Below are positions 49,782-58,355 of a stretch of DNA of 64,000 nt, one piece after another; positions within the stretch are counted from its first letter, which is position 1, and each line of letters starts with the position of its first letter. The notes below the pieces were generated by a model, which searched no databases, had not been told where the DNA came from, and saw nothing but the letters and a program-made list of their open reading frames with translations. This DNA is from Acidobacteriota bacterium (GTDB lineage Bacteria > Acidobacteriota > UBA6911), in contig OY761556.1 of the NCBI GenBank assembly GCA_963664705.1, positions 6,368,001 to 6,432,000 on the forward strand, given 5' to 3'. The translations under genes and the position numbers were made by a program.

Positions 49782-51972
49782 GCCACCCTTCCTTCTCCGG
49801 CAGTTGCATCAGTCGCCCCCAGCGTTCCGCCCTGGTCAGACCACTGAAAAAACCCACATCCGGCACCAGCGGAATTGCATCGATCCGCACGCTCGCCGGA
49901 CGGTCCTCCCAGAATCCATTTGTCAACATCAGGTCCGGTGCAAGGGTGTGAACCTCTTCATCCCGTTTTTGTTGTGTATAGGAAAGCTCTATCGGGAAGT
50001 GCCCTTCGTAGCGGGTGGCGAACGCATCGTCCCATACGGAATTGAGCACGCCTAACTTGACGATTTCCATATCGAGATCGGCAATCAGGCTGAGAAGCCA
50101 ATCGATTTGGTAATTAGGCGTGACCACAAACACTCGCTTTCCTGCAAGGGAAGGTCGAAGAGCTGAGAGTGCAGTCTCATACAGCTTTCGATTATGCTCG
50201 ATGATAGCGTCGGCATCGTTTTGTTTTTCAAAAACATCGGCAATGCGCTTTAGCCAATCTGCTGTGGCCTCAAACCCAACGGGGAACGGATCATCGAGGA
50301 AGCTCGCCTGATAACGGTCAATTAGAAAATCCCGGATGGATCTGCCGCATCGGTCCGCGGAGGCAAGCAAATTCAAGCGGCCGCGCTTAAATTGTTTTAG
50401 TTGAATACCGGTGCAATTACGCAGGAAACGGCAGTTGATGCCGAGCCCAAGTTCATGAAGCAGGTCTCTCACAGTATTAAAATTTGCATCAGTATTGCCG
50501 GCGAGGTTTTTTTCTCCGACGATGTTTACAGCATCCGGATCGAAAGGCATTTCGGGATCGATAAAATGGTCTGCGACAGCCATCATGGCATTGATAATGC
50601 CCTGCATATAATCACCGGCGATGTCCCCGTCTGTTTGAATCGGAATAACCGGAATCTCTGTCCGCATGCGCGCGCGTGCAGCTTCTACGGATTTTGTGAT
50701 GTCATCGCCGATTATTCCGGATGCGCAAGTAGTAACAACAAAGAGCGCCTCGGGATTTGATCCCAGGGAATTCAAAATCCCCTTCTCCAGGCTCTCACCG
50801 CCTCCGAAGATAGAGATGGTTTCATCCATCTCAGAGCTTTGGATGGACGCCAGGCTCGAAACCTCAAAAGAATTTCCATTTCGGCGTTCGACGCGAAGGG
50901 CAGATGATGCCATCCCAATGTACGAAATATGGGCACAGCTGCGCGGTCCATGCGCGAGAATTGCAGTGTTTCCAATTTGCATTAATGTGTGGATAGCGCC
51001 ATTGAAGGCGCATCCGTGCAAAGCTTCATGGGCACGAACACTTTTTGAGTGATATTGCTTTGGCGGCAACGGTGCAGGAATCGGAAGGGCCGCTTCATGC
51101 CTGGCGGATGCGGGAATCCGGCTCTCGTGCAGAGCTGATTCGGAGATCGTCCCTGCTGTTACCATTTCATTCCCCAGGATTATCGCTTCCAGGTTATCAG
51201 GCGAAAGGGGCTGCGCAGCGTAGGGCGGGGGGAACTGCAGAATCTCCTTGGCAAGATCACGGAAGCAAACAGCCAAAAAGCTGTCAGGAAAAGCCTCCGT
51301 GAGGGATTGTCCCAGGCGTTCGGCTTCAGTGATTTCCGGACTTCTGGGAAAGGAGGCAATGACGGGCAGTCGAACGGCATCGGCAAAGCGTTGAATACGA
51401 TCCTTTTCGTGTGGCAGACCGCGTTCATTGAAAATCAGTCCTGCCATTCGAGCGCCATTCTTCTCATAATTCCGGACGCCGCGGAGAATGTTGTTGGCGG
51501 CATACAAAGACATGAACTCGCCCGAAGTCACAACGTAGACAATGTCGGCGTACTTGTCCCGCAGCGGCATCGCAAAACCGCCACAAACCACATCGCCCAG
51601 AATGTCGTAGATTGCGACATCAAAATCGCACCCGGCAATATTGAGAGACTGCATCAACTCGAACGCAGTGAGGATGCCACGGCCGGCACAACCAACTCCC
51701 GGCTCAGGGCCGCCGGCTTCCACGCAAGCCACACCCGCAAATCCCGAGTGCAGAATGGCGTTCAACCCTCTTTCCTCCGGTTTTGTTTTTCTGATGTACT
51801 CAAGAACCGGAAGCGCTTTCCGTCCCTGCAAAAGAAGTCGGGTTGAATCCTGCTTCGGGTCACAGCCTACTTGTAGAATTCGCATTCCCGACATAGCCAT
51901 TGCCGCCGAGAGATTCGCCGCAATGGTTGATTTGCCTATGCCGCCTTTTCCATAAATAGCAATCTGTTTCAC
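49765..51972 (-). CDS. Nitrogenase-like fusion: NifH/CfbC-type Fe protein + NifD/CfbD-type component-1 domain
   Basis: YGKGGIGKST, GCDPKQDST, GGPEPGVGCAGRG and GDVVCGGFAMP; then a Pro-rich linker; then HGCAFNGA, HGPRSC and TTCASGIIGDDI. Confidence 0.92.
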   Translation of the reverse strand: MKQIAIYGKGGIGKSTIAANLSAAMAMSGMRILQVGCDPKQDSTRLLLQGRKALPVLEYIRKTKPEERGLNAILHSGFAGVACVEAGGPEPGVGCAGRGILTAFELMQSLNIAGCDFDVAIYDILGDVVCGGFAMPLRDKYADIVYVVTSGEFMSLYAANNILRGVRNYEKNGARMAGLIFNERGLPHEKDRIQRFADAVRLPVIASFPRSPEITEAERLGQSLTEAFPDSFLAVCFRDLAKEILQFPPPYAAQPLSPDNLEAIILGNEMVTAGTISESALHESRIPASARHEAALPIPAPLPPKQYHSKSVRAHEALHGCAFNGAIHTLMQIGNTAILAHGPRSCAHISYIGMASSALRVERRNGNSFEVSSLASIQSSEMDETISIFGGGESLEKGILNSLGSNPEALFVVTTCASGIIGDDITKSVEAARARMRTEIPVIPIQTDGDIAGDYMQGIINAMMAVADHFIDPEMPFDPDAVNIVGEKNLAGNTDANFNTVRDLLHELGLGINCRFLRNCTGIQLKQFKRGRLNLLASADRCGRSIRDFLIDRYQASFLDDPFPVGFEATADWLKRIADVFEKQNDADAIIEHNRKLYETALSALRPSLAGKRVFVVTPNYQIDWLLSLIADLDMEIVKLGVLNSVWDDAFATRYEGHFPIELSYTQQKRDEEVHTLAPDLMLTNGFWEDRPASVRIDAIPLVPDVGFFSGLTRAERWGRLMQLPEKEGWRDDLS

Positions 51973-52025
51973 TGTGCCTCTTACCTTCTTTTTTGTCTGT
52001 TTGCTCCAATCGGTCTCATAGAAAG

Positions 52026-52859
52026 TCAGTCACTGAAAGCAAAGCGTATAGGCAAAATGGCTTTGACCGTTATTGGCGTACCGTTTCGAATGGCAGGAAG
52101 AAAAGACGATTTCTTCAGCGCCGCAATTGATGGCGGCACGAAAAGCGGATCGGAGGCTTCAATAACCTCCACATGCTTTAGGCACCCATTCGCATCAATA
52201 GTGATGGCAAGAACAACCTTCCCTTCTTTTTTCTGCCTTCGTGCTGCAAACGGGTATTCAGGCATCTTTCTTTGAAGAAATCGCGGACCGGTGGGAGATC
52301 CAAAGCTGACAAGATTTGAGCTATCCCCATTACCTTGCCCTGTGCCACCGTTTCCGAATCCGCCACTCCCATCCAAGCCGCCTCCGCCACCAATGCCCTT
52401 GCCCGAATTGCCGCCTCTGCCAACTCCGGTGATACTCCCGCCGGGAAATCCTTGAGCCACCGGTTCAGTCATTGTTAACGGCGCGATTTCTTCATTTGTT
52501 GAAAGCAAGCTTTCTCCCAGGATTTCAGTGCGAGTTTGTTGACTATTTCCATTTTCAACTGCCACAGCTATTGGGCTAGGCCGCGTGCCTTCATCCTGGG
52601 TTGCGGTGTTGTTTCGCTCCGTTGAAACCTCGGCTGCTTTTTGCTTAATAGGCTGCACTGGCCGTCCCGGTTTTACTGAAATCTCCGCGATCTCTTCCAT
52701 GGGAAGAGTGAGAGAGTTTTCATCTATCGGGACTACTTCGACAACATCAACGTCTCGAGGCGTATTCCTGACAGAGGATAGGATTGCCGCCAGAATAATC
52801 GCGTGCATCAACACCGATACCGCTATGCTCTTCAAGCGCCTGCCCCGATTTGTTGCCAT
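52026..52859 (-). CDS. tonB: TonB energy transducer
   Basis: TM with SVLMHA, a Gly-rich linker, and C-terminal PEYP..AR..KKEGKV...IDANG...FLPA...G.P; start at ATG 52859. Confidence 0.88.
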   Translation of the reverse strand: MATNRGRRLKSIAVSVLMHAIILAAILSSVRNTPRDVDVVEVVPIDENSLTLPMEEIAEISVKPGRPVQPIKQKAAEVSTERNNTATQDEGTRPSPIAVAVENGNSQQTRTEILGESLLSTNEEIAPLTMTEPVAQGFPGGSITGVGRGGNSGKGIGGGGGLDGSGGFGNGGTGQGNGDSSNLVSFGSPTGPRFLQRKMPEYPFAARRQKKEGKVVLAITIDANGCLKHVEVIEASDPLFVPPSIAALKKSSFLPAIRNGTPITVKAILPIRFAFSD

Positions 52860-52878
52860 CGAATAATCCCCGAATCGG

Positions 52879-52925
52879 GCAAAAAAAATCCCCGGATCCG
52901 GCCAATAGGGCCAAATCCGGGGATG
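52879..52925 (-). terminator. Terminator of cobalamin riboswitch 1
   Basis: ATCCCCGGAT-ttggcc-ctatt-ggccgg-ATCCGGGGAT-TTTTTTT. Confidence 0.85.
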
Positions 52926-52989
52926 CCGTTTTTCATCCTCGATGTTTTGCCAGAGCACCCAATCCACGAGGTGCAGCGCAAATTTTTCT

Positions 52990-53145
52990 GTTCAGGTCTT
53001 CCGGCTTCCGGATCGTTCTACTTGCCGCGCCTTCCCATCCCATCGGACAGTGGCAATCTGCGGTTTTCGTCCCCGGTTACGGCGGCGGGTCCGCGACGGA
53101 TTTCAACCGTCTTCCCTATCGAATTTTCAAAATAGAACTTTTACA
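52990..53145 (-). ncRNA. Cobalamin riboswitch 1 (controls the tonB-nfl-cob operon)
   Basis: AGGGAAgacGGTtgAAATCCgtcGCGGaCCCgCCGCCGTAA...GCCACTG...GGGAAGG...AGCCGGAAGACCTG (B12 box). Confidence 0.95.
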
Positions 53146-53207
53146 GACAATGCGTGATGCAAGTCAAGCTAATTTCAATGTTGTTGACCCGCACCGTTGA
53201 TCGCTAT

Positions 53208-53396
53208 ATATTGGCGCCGCTTTTCGGTTCTTCGCGAATACGAAGAAAAAAGGGAACCTGGTGCGAATCCAGGACTGCCCCGCAGCGGTAAGCAGGAACG
53301 AAAGCCATCACCAAGCACTGATCCTCTCCGGGATTGGGAAGCGATGGCCAGTAGAGATTAAGTTTTATTGCCTGCAAGTCCGAAAACCTGCCGATA
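53208..53396 (+). ncRNA. Cobalamin riboswitch 2 (controls cbiZ)
   Basis: AAAAGGGAAcctGGTGcgAATCCaggACTGcCCCGCAGCGGTAA...GCACTG...GGGAAG...AAGTCCGAAAACCTGCC. Confidence 0.93.
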
Positions 53397-53529
53397 GCTG
53401 ACGCGATCCTCGCGTTGAAATTCACGAGTCGCCGAGGGGCGGGCTGGTACCTCCCATTATTGATATATGGGCATATGTTTTTCCCCTTTTGGCTAAAACC
53501 TTGAGCGATAGCAGAAAGGGTGATCAAGC

Positions 53530-54267
53530 GTGATGGAAATTGTCGAAGAAGTGATTCCGCTACCGCGAGATAAATCTTTTGTTTGCCGGAAGTGTGATAA
53601 GACGCTCGTAGTTTCATTCGCGTTGCCGCGTCCCGTTCTCAGTTGGGCCGCCTATAACGGCGGATTTCGCACGAATGTCTCCCACGTCATCATTCATGCC
53701 GTGGACTCAATTCCGGTACAAAGCGCGCGCCAAGCGGCAAGTAGACTGGACCTGCGCGGTACCGTCGTCGGCATGATGACGCGACACGAGTTGGATTTCC
53801 AGACAGTTACGGTGGCCGAGGGAGATCTGCAGGTTTCCGCCATAGCGGTTGCAGATTGTTCAATGATGGCAACAGTCGGAGAACATCCGGTGCATCCAAT
53901 CGAAAGACCAGGACCGAATATTCACCTTACTTTATTCAATCTCATTCTGGTTACAAATTACCGCTTCACGCAAGAAGCTATGCTGGAAGCCATTTCCATA
54001 GCAACTGAAGCAAAATCCCGCGCAATCTGCGAACTGGGTCTCCATACGCGAAGCGGAGAGCTCGCCACTGGCGGCACCGCCGATTGTGTGGCTATGGTTT
54101 CGGGTCTTGATCGGCGCTATGAATGCTGCTCCAAAGAGGAGGCGTGGGGAATGCTGATTGGACGGGCCTCGCTCGAATGCATGCGAAGGGCGCTGGCCGG
54201 CAGTGCTGCTGTTTCACATTCGATCCAGCGAGCCCAATTTTGTCATCGAACCACAAAAGCCCTCTAA
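53530..54267 (+). CDS. cbiZ: Adenosylcobinamide amidohydrolase CbiZ-like
   Basis: VLSWA.YNGG, VGMMT, NLIL...EAI.IATEAK and ATGGTADC motifs (canonical ATGTxTD); B12 riboswitch upstream. Confidence 0.75.
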   Translation: MMEIVEEVIPLPRDKSFVCRKCDKTLVVSFALPRPVLSWAAYNGGFRTNVSHVIIHAVDSIPVQSARQAASRLDLRGTVVGMMTRHELDFQTVTVAEGDLQVSAIAVADCSMMATVGEHPVHPIERPGPNIHLTLFNLILVTNYRFTQEAMLEAISIATEAKSRAICELGLHTRSGELATGGTADCVAMVSGLDRRYECCSKEEAWGMLIGRASLECMRRALAGSAAVSHSIQRAQFCHRTTKAL

Positions 54268-54945
54268 CGCTATGCTTGATGTGACAATGGCACAAGTTGC
54301 CGGACCGGCGCTTTCCCACAGGACAGAAATATCAAACCCAGATATCAGTCTGGTGTGTAATCCGGTTTCTTCCTCCAATACGTGCAACTCCCAGCCAATC
54401 CCCCGCGAGCCGCAAGGGATCACATCTCCTATACCTGTATTCTCGCGCAATTGACGAATCTGCCTGGGAGTCGGCAATACAGCCAGGTTCACAAGCACTT
54501 CTTCTCCAACATAAGGTTTCCCGAGCAAATACACATCGTCTCCCGCTTGAGCAAGCCGCCACGAAAGCTGCTTGCATTCGCCGAGAAGCGTGATTCCTAT
54601 CGCTGTAATATTGGTTGGTACATTATCTTCAGTGCTTCCTCCCCATGAAAGGTCCGGATATCCGGAATCGGCAAGCTCAGCTTGTATTCCGGATAATAAT
54701 CGGGTGCCTGTCGGTTCACGCTCATTGCATGTCAATGCCATCAGTGAGAAAGGAACAGCACCTACCGACAGTGTCTCCATCAGACAGACGCGCGCTGTCA
54801 TACGACCGCATAATTCGGGCGCTACTTGGATTGCATCGCCCGGTTTCATCCCGAGGCCACCCAAGCTATCGGCGGCAATGGTGAGGAAGCCCTCCTTTTG
54901 CTGGTATACCAGAATATCGCGCGATGTCTGCACCAATGGGATCAT
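54214..54945 (-). CDS. cblS: Alpha-ribazole kinase CblS-like (AIR synthase-related)
   Basis: RD...AADSLGGLG.K..D...GRMTARVCLME...EREPTG, GSTEDN, G.PYVGEEV, IPCGSRGI..E and SAGPATC motifs. Confidence 0.72.
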   Translation of the reverse strand: MIPLVQTSRDILVYQQKEGFLTIAADSLGGLGMKPGDAIQVAPELCGRMTARVCLMETLSVGAVPFSLMALTCNEREPTGTRLLSGIQAELADSGYPDLSWGGSTEDNVPTNITAIGITLLGECKQLSWRLAQAGDDVYLLGKPYVGEEVLVNLAVLPTPRQIRQLRENTGIGDVIPCGSRGIGWELHVLEEETGLHTRLISGFDISVLWESAGPATCAIVTSSIALEGFCGSMTKLGSLDRM

Positions 54946-55946
54946 TATTCGTCCTTCACATTGGGATGAACTCCGGCCATGGCATTTCGCTGGAGGCAGA
55001 TTTTGCCCAACCATTCTTCGCGCGACCTGTACGAAAATTCGTAGGTCACATAGGCGGGATCAATTACGTCAAAAAGGCCAGCAATGGCCGGATCCTCAAA
55101 AGGATCATGATGATCAATCCGGTTTACGTGATCGATTGCCTGATGGTATCGATCCCAGAAAGTCCCGGTTGCTACTGGAGGTGACGGTAGCACGAGGGTT
55201 TTCGCCACATATTCCGCCGAAAGACTTCGCGTCAGATGAACTCCGCGGATAGTTCGGCGAGCCTCTCCCAAGGAACGCACAGACCGAATAAGGAATTCGA
55301 TACCCGCTGCTTCCGTAAAAATGCTCTGGTTGGTATTCAGCATATGCCCTGTGTCAAAAACAACTCCGGTATGTGGGTAAGTGATGCGTTCCATCGCATA
55401 CTCGATTTCTTCCGGGTGTAGCGCTCGGAAACTTCCCGGCCACCATAAATTTTCAAGGAGCAAGTCGCCGCGAAACGGAGAATCGGCAAGGACTGCATTC
55501 AGCAGTTCCGCACACATATCTACCGTATCGCGCCAATCCCAGGGAAACTGCCAGTTGTATATGTAATCGAATTCGCTTTGTGCCAGATGAAAAACGGCAT
55601 ACGCACATCCAAGCTGATGTGCAAGTGTCAATTGGCGCCGGTAGTTCGCTATCAGCGACTCGCGCGTTGGTCCTCCATAAAATGTTGAAACCGTCTCCGA
55701 GTCACCGAATATTTCCAGCAGGCGCCGGTTGTCCTCAGTCCAGAATGGCCTGAGAATCGGGTAGAAGCGCAGATGCATCCCGATGATCAATCCTTTGGGA
55801 ATAGTCTCCCATGCATGTTCACCTACTGGATATAATTCAAATCCGTCAAACCCTTCGGCTTCCAGAATTCCTCGAGCATTGTTCCAGTCGTGGCCAATAA
55901 TCGCCTGGTCACCGGGATGAGTGCTGATATTCAACGCGAACTTCAT
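54945..55946 (-). CDS. AP-endonuclease-2/xylose-isomerase-like TIM barrel; candidate CbiR cobamide phosphodiesterase
   Basis: DGFE, GMHLRFYP, YAVFH, LLENLWWPG, FDTGH, GVHL and IDHHDPF motifs. The fold call is firm; the CbiR call rests on family and context. Confidence 0.62.
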   Translation of the reverse strand: MKFALNISTHPGDQAIIGHDWNNARGILEAEGFDGFELYPVGEHAWETIPKGLIIGMHLRFYPILRPFWTEDNRRLLEIFGDSETVSTFYGGPTRESLIANYRRQLTLAHQLGCAYAVFHLAQSEFDYIYNWQFPWDWRDTVDMCAELLNAVLADSPFRGDLLLENLWWPGSFRALHPEEIEYAMERITYPHTGVVFDTGHMLNTNQSIFTEAAGIEFLIRSVRSLGEARRTIRGVHLTRSLSAEYVAKTLVLPSPPVATGTFWDRYHQAIDHVNRIDHHDPFEDPAIAGLFDVIDPAYVTYEFSYRSREEWLGKICLQRNAMAGVHPNVKDE

Positions 55947-55982
55947 TCAGGAGAGTTCCTTTCTCTTAAGGCGGCACTTGTT

Positions 55983-57581
55983 TTATTTCGTCGGTTTTAA
56001 ATCCAAGGTGTCTCGGCGGAGAAGAAGATTGTAGTCAAAGCGATCGTAAAACCGTTTATTCCTGCTCTTCGAAGCATCCAGCCTCATTGAACACGCGCCC
56101 TTGCCGTAAGCAGCGGCCTCATCCCATCGATGGTGGCTGTCCGTGGGAGCACAGACTATGGCTTTGTTGCTGCTGGCCGCTGCGATATAGAGTTGTTCGA
56201 TGCTCCTGGTTGCCAGAGCTCGGCTCATCTGCTCGCTAAGCTCTTTCCCAGTTGATGCCACTGCTATATCACAGCCAAGCTTTGCTCCCGCCAAAGCAAG
56301 TTCGGGATGCATCAGCTCTTCAGCACAGGCAAGCAGAACTCTCGCCCCGGCGATATCCGCAATGCAGAGCTTGTCTGTGGCGTTCTTTCCCATTGGCTGA
56401 TGGTGTCGGATGATGCGGCCTGAGGCTTCGGCGAGAATCATGGTACAGTTGTCCGGATTTGAATTGTCCAGAAATCCAGCGCACACATCTACGCCACGGC
56501 GTGTTGCAACCGCGGCGAGAATATTCTCCGCTTCAGCGATCGAAGAAGCTTTGCCGGCGGGCAATACCAGAAGGCGCGCATCCGGTCCTGAAGTTGCGCT
56601 GTTAAGAATGTTCTCAATCGCCAAAGAAGAAAAAACCTGCTCGGGAGGCAGCACTGCAGAAATCAGGATGCGTTCTACGGGTTTTGGAAGCTCATAATAT
56701 GATGTTAGATCGGCAGCGTAGCGCATATCCAGGTACATCGGCGTATAGAGATGCGGAGTTCTTGATTGGAGTCGCTCCAAGGAAAGGCTCGCGAGTCTTC
56801 CGTTGTACAACGGCAGGCATGCATAAAATATTTTAGAGTCCGTACTGCTCTCCTGCACAAGAGTCTCTCCATACGGTGTGTAGCAGCATGATTTTGCATT
56901 AAGAAATTCCATAGTGCGGTCGGTCCCGCACCGATTGCAGGCGGCGATATAAACCCCATTTTCAAAGGCCCTGGATTGCCAGAGTTCTGCCGGGTCGAGA
57001 GGATCCGACGGCCAATTGGCTGGAACCAAAATGATGTCCGCTCCTCTCAGAGCCGTGGTACGCGGGATGGCCCCGAAATAGGTGTCGGAACAAATAAGGA
57101 TTCCCGCCCGTCCCCATGGAGTCTCAAATGTATTCTGCTGTTGAGGATCTCCCGGGCAAGCCCACCGCACCTCCGCTGATGTTTTCCGATAATGGCAAAC
57201 AATATTGCCTCCGGGCGAAAGAGCCGATGCTGCATTATAAAAAATGCCGGTTGCATCATCGCGTTCCGCATAACCCACAACGATATAGGCTCCATGCTCG
57301 GACGCAATGCCTGCGAGCGCATGGATTAGTGGCCCGTCCATTGTTTGAGCCGCGCCCGCGATATCGTCACATGATCGAAAACTGTAGCCGGAAATGCAAA
57401 GTTCGGTATTAACAATGATCTTTGCACCAGCCTCCGCAGCCTTGCGATTGAGCGATATCAGTTCTCTTAGGTTATGCTCCGGCTGATTGTAGCGAACGTT
57501 TAGATGAACCAGCCCGATCTTCAGTAGTTCCATACATGACTCCAAGGGATGCTGAACAGGAGATGCACGCATCTCTGACAA
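55983..57581 (-). CDS. Two-domain carbon-nitrogen hydrolase (nitrilase superfamily)
   Basis: The N-domain has the catalytic E (NTELCISGY), K (HYRK) and C (LICSD), plus PANW. The C-domain is a degenerate repeat (LLACAEELMHPE...AKLGCD). Start uncertain (57581, 57572 or 57533). Confidence 0.85.
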   Translation of the reverse strand: MSEMRASPVQHPLESCMELLKIGLVHLNVRYNQPEHNLRELISLNRKAAEAGAKIIVNTELCISGYSFRSCDDIAGAAQTMDGPLIHALAGIASEHGAYIVVGYAERDDATGIFYNAASALSPGGNIVCHYRKTSAEVRWACPGDPQQQNTFETPWGRAGILICSDTYFGAIPRTTALRGADIILVPANWPSDPLDPAELWQSRAFENGVYIAACNRCGTDRTMEFLNAKSCCYTPYGETLVQESSTDSKIFYACLPLYNGRLASLSLERLQSRTPHLYTPMYLDMRYAADLTSYYELPKPVERILISAVLPPEQVFSSLAIENILNSATSGPDARLLVLPAGKASSIAEAENILAAVATRRGVDVCAGFLDNSNPDNCTMILAEASGRIIRHHQPMGKNATDKLCIADIAGARVLLACAEELMHPELALAGAKLGCDIAVASTGKELSEQMSRALATRSIEQLYIAAASSNKAIVCAPTDSHHRWDEAAAYGKGACSMRLDASKSRNKRFYDRFDYNLLLRRDTLDLKPTK

Positions 57582-57654
57582 AATATCATCGCGGGTTTAA
57601 GGTTGAGCCTTGTGCGGACTTAAGAAGACCGTCTGGCACCCCTGATCCCGGAGG

Positions 57655-57755
57655 CATTCGTCCTCTGACTGATAGATCGTCCGATAGGGCGTCTAAACAC
57701 AGTTACGGGTATAGTCTCGGATTCTCACCGAATTCCCTGCCAAAAATCCGTAATC
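57655..57755 (-). ncRNA. Cobalamin riboswitch 5, short form lacking the P8-P12 extension (class II-like)
   Basis: Minus strand AGGGAAttcGGTGagAATCCgagACTATACCCGTAACTGTG-short hairpin-cAGTCAGAggAC; no GCCACTG/GGGAAG extension. Confidence 0.72.
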
Positions 57756-57861
57756 AAATATCATTGCCGTTTCAGAAATGTCAACGAATTTGATTTTTGT
57801 GAAAACCCGAACGTGGATTCAAAAAGCGCTTGACTTCAAAGCGACTTGTTTGTAATTTCGC

Positions 57862-58015
57862 ATTTCGATCGCTCTTTTAAATATGATCAGGGAAGACGGT
57901 AGAAGCCGTCGCGGACCCGCCGCCGTAACCGGGGACGAAAGCTGCAGAATGCCACTGTCTGATTGGATGGGAAGGCGCAGCAAGTAGAACGATCCGGGAG
58001 CCGGAAGACCTGAAT
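57862..58015 (+). ncRNA. Cobalamin riboswitch 3 (first of a tandem pair before btuB)
   Basis: AGGGAAgacGGTagAAGCCgtcGCGGaCCCgCCGCCGTAA...GCCACTG...GGGAAGG...AGCCGGAAGACCTG; near-copy of riboswitch 1. Confidence 0.95.
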
Positions 58016-58073
58016 GCTTTGCGCCTCGCGGAATGGGCGTTGCACCTGATGTATAACGAGGATGAAAAACGGC

Positions 58074-58118
58074 ATCCCCGGATTTGGCCGAACTGGCCGG
58101 ATTCGGGGATTTTTTTTG
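58074..58118 (+). terminator. Terminator of cobalamin riboswitch 3
   Basis: ATCCCCGGAT-ttggcc-gaact-ggccgg-ATTCGGGGAT-TTTTTTT. Confidence 0.85.
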
Positions 58119-58154
58119 GCTTGTCAATATTCTTAATGAGGTGATGCACAAAAA

Positions 58155-58305
58155 TTGACCATGTAGCTCCGGATCCAGGGAAGGGAGTGAAACGCTCCCA
58201 CCGCCCCGCGACTGTAATCGGGACGAAAGCCGCAGGATGCCACTGTCCTAAGGGATGGGAAGGCGCGGCAAGTAGGCAGAACGAAAGTCAGGAAACCTGT
58301 TCCGG
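58155..58305 (+). ncRNA. Cobalamin riboswitch 4 (second of the tandem pair before btuB)
   Basis: AGGGAAgggAGTGAAAcgCTcccACCGcCCCGCGACTGTAA...GCCACTG...GGGAAGG...AAGTCAGGAAACCTG. Confidence 0.92.
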
Positions 58306-58355
58306 CGGCATTTAAAAACTCTATTTCCTTCGCGGGAAGTTAAGGAGATTATCCA

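Noticed and set aside
48471-51972. True nitrogenase (nifHDK)
   Set aside because: P-cluster ligands are incomplete in the K-like subunit, there is no FeMoco His ligand, no nifB or nifEN is present, and the context is B12 metabolism.
38458-51972. Coenzyme F430 pathway (CfbB/CfbCD plus Ni uptake)
   Set aside because: No CfbA chelatase, CfbE ligase or mcr genes are present, the reductase has two different component-1 subunits, and regulation is by cobalamin. Kept only as an analogy.
52850-53617. Short ORFs across 52850-53617 and 57819-58151
   Set aside because: They coincide with cobalamin riboswitches, and their mutual similarity reflects the RNA duplication.
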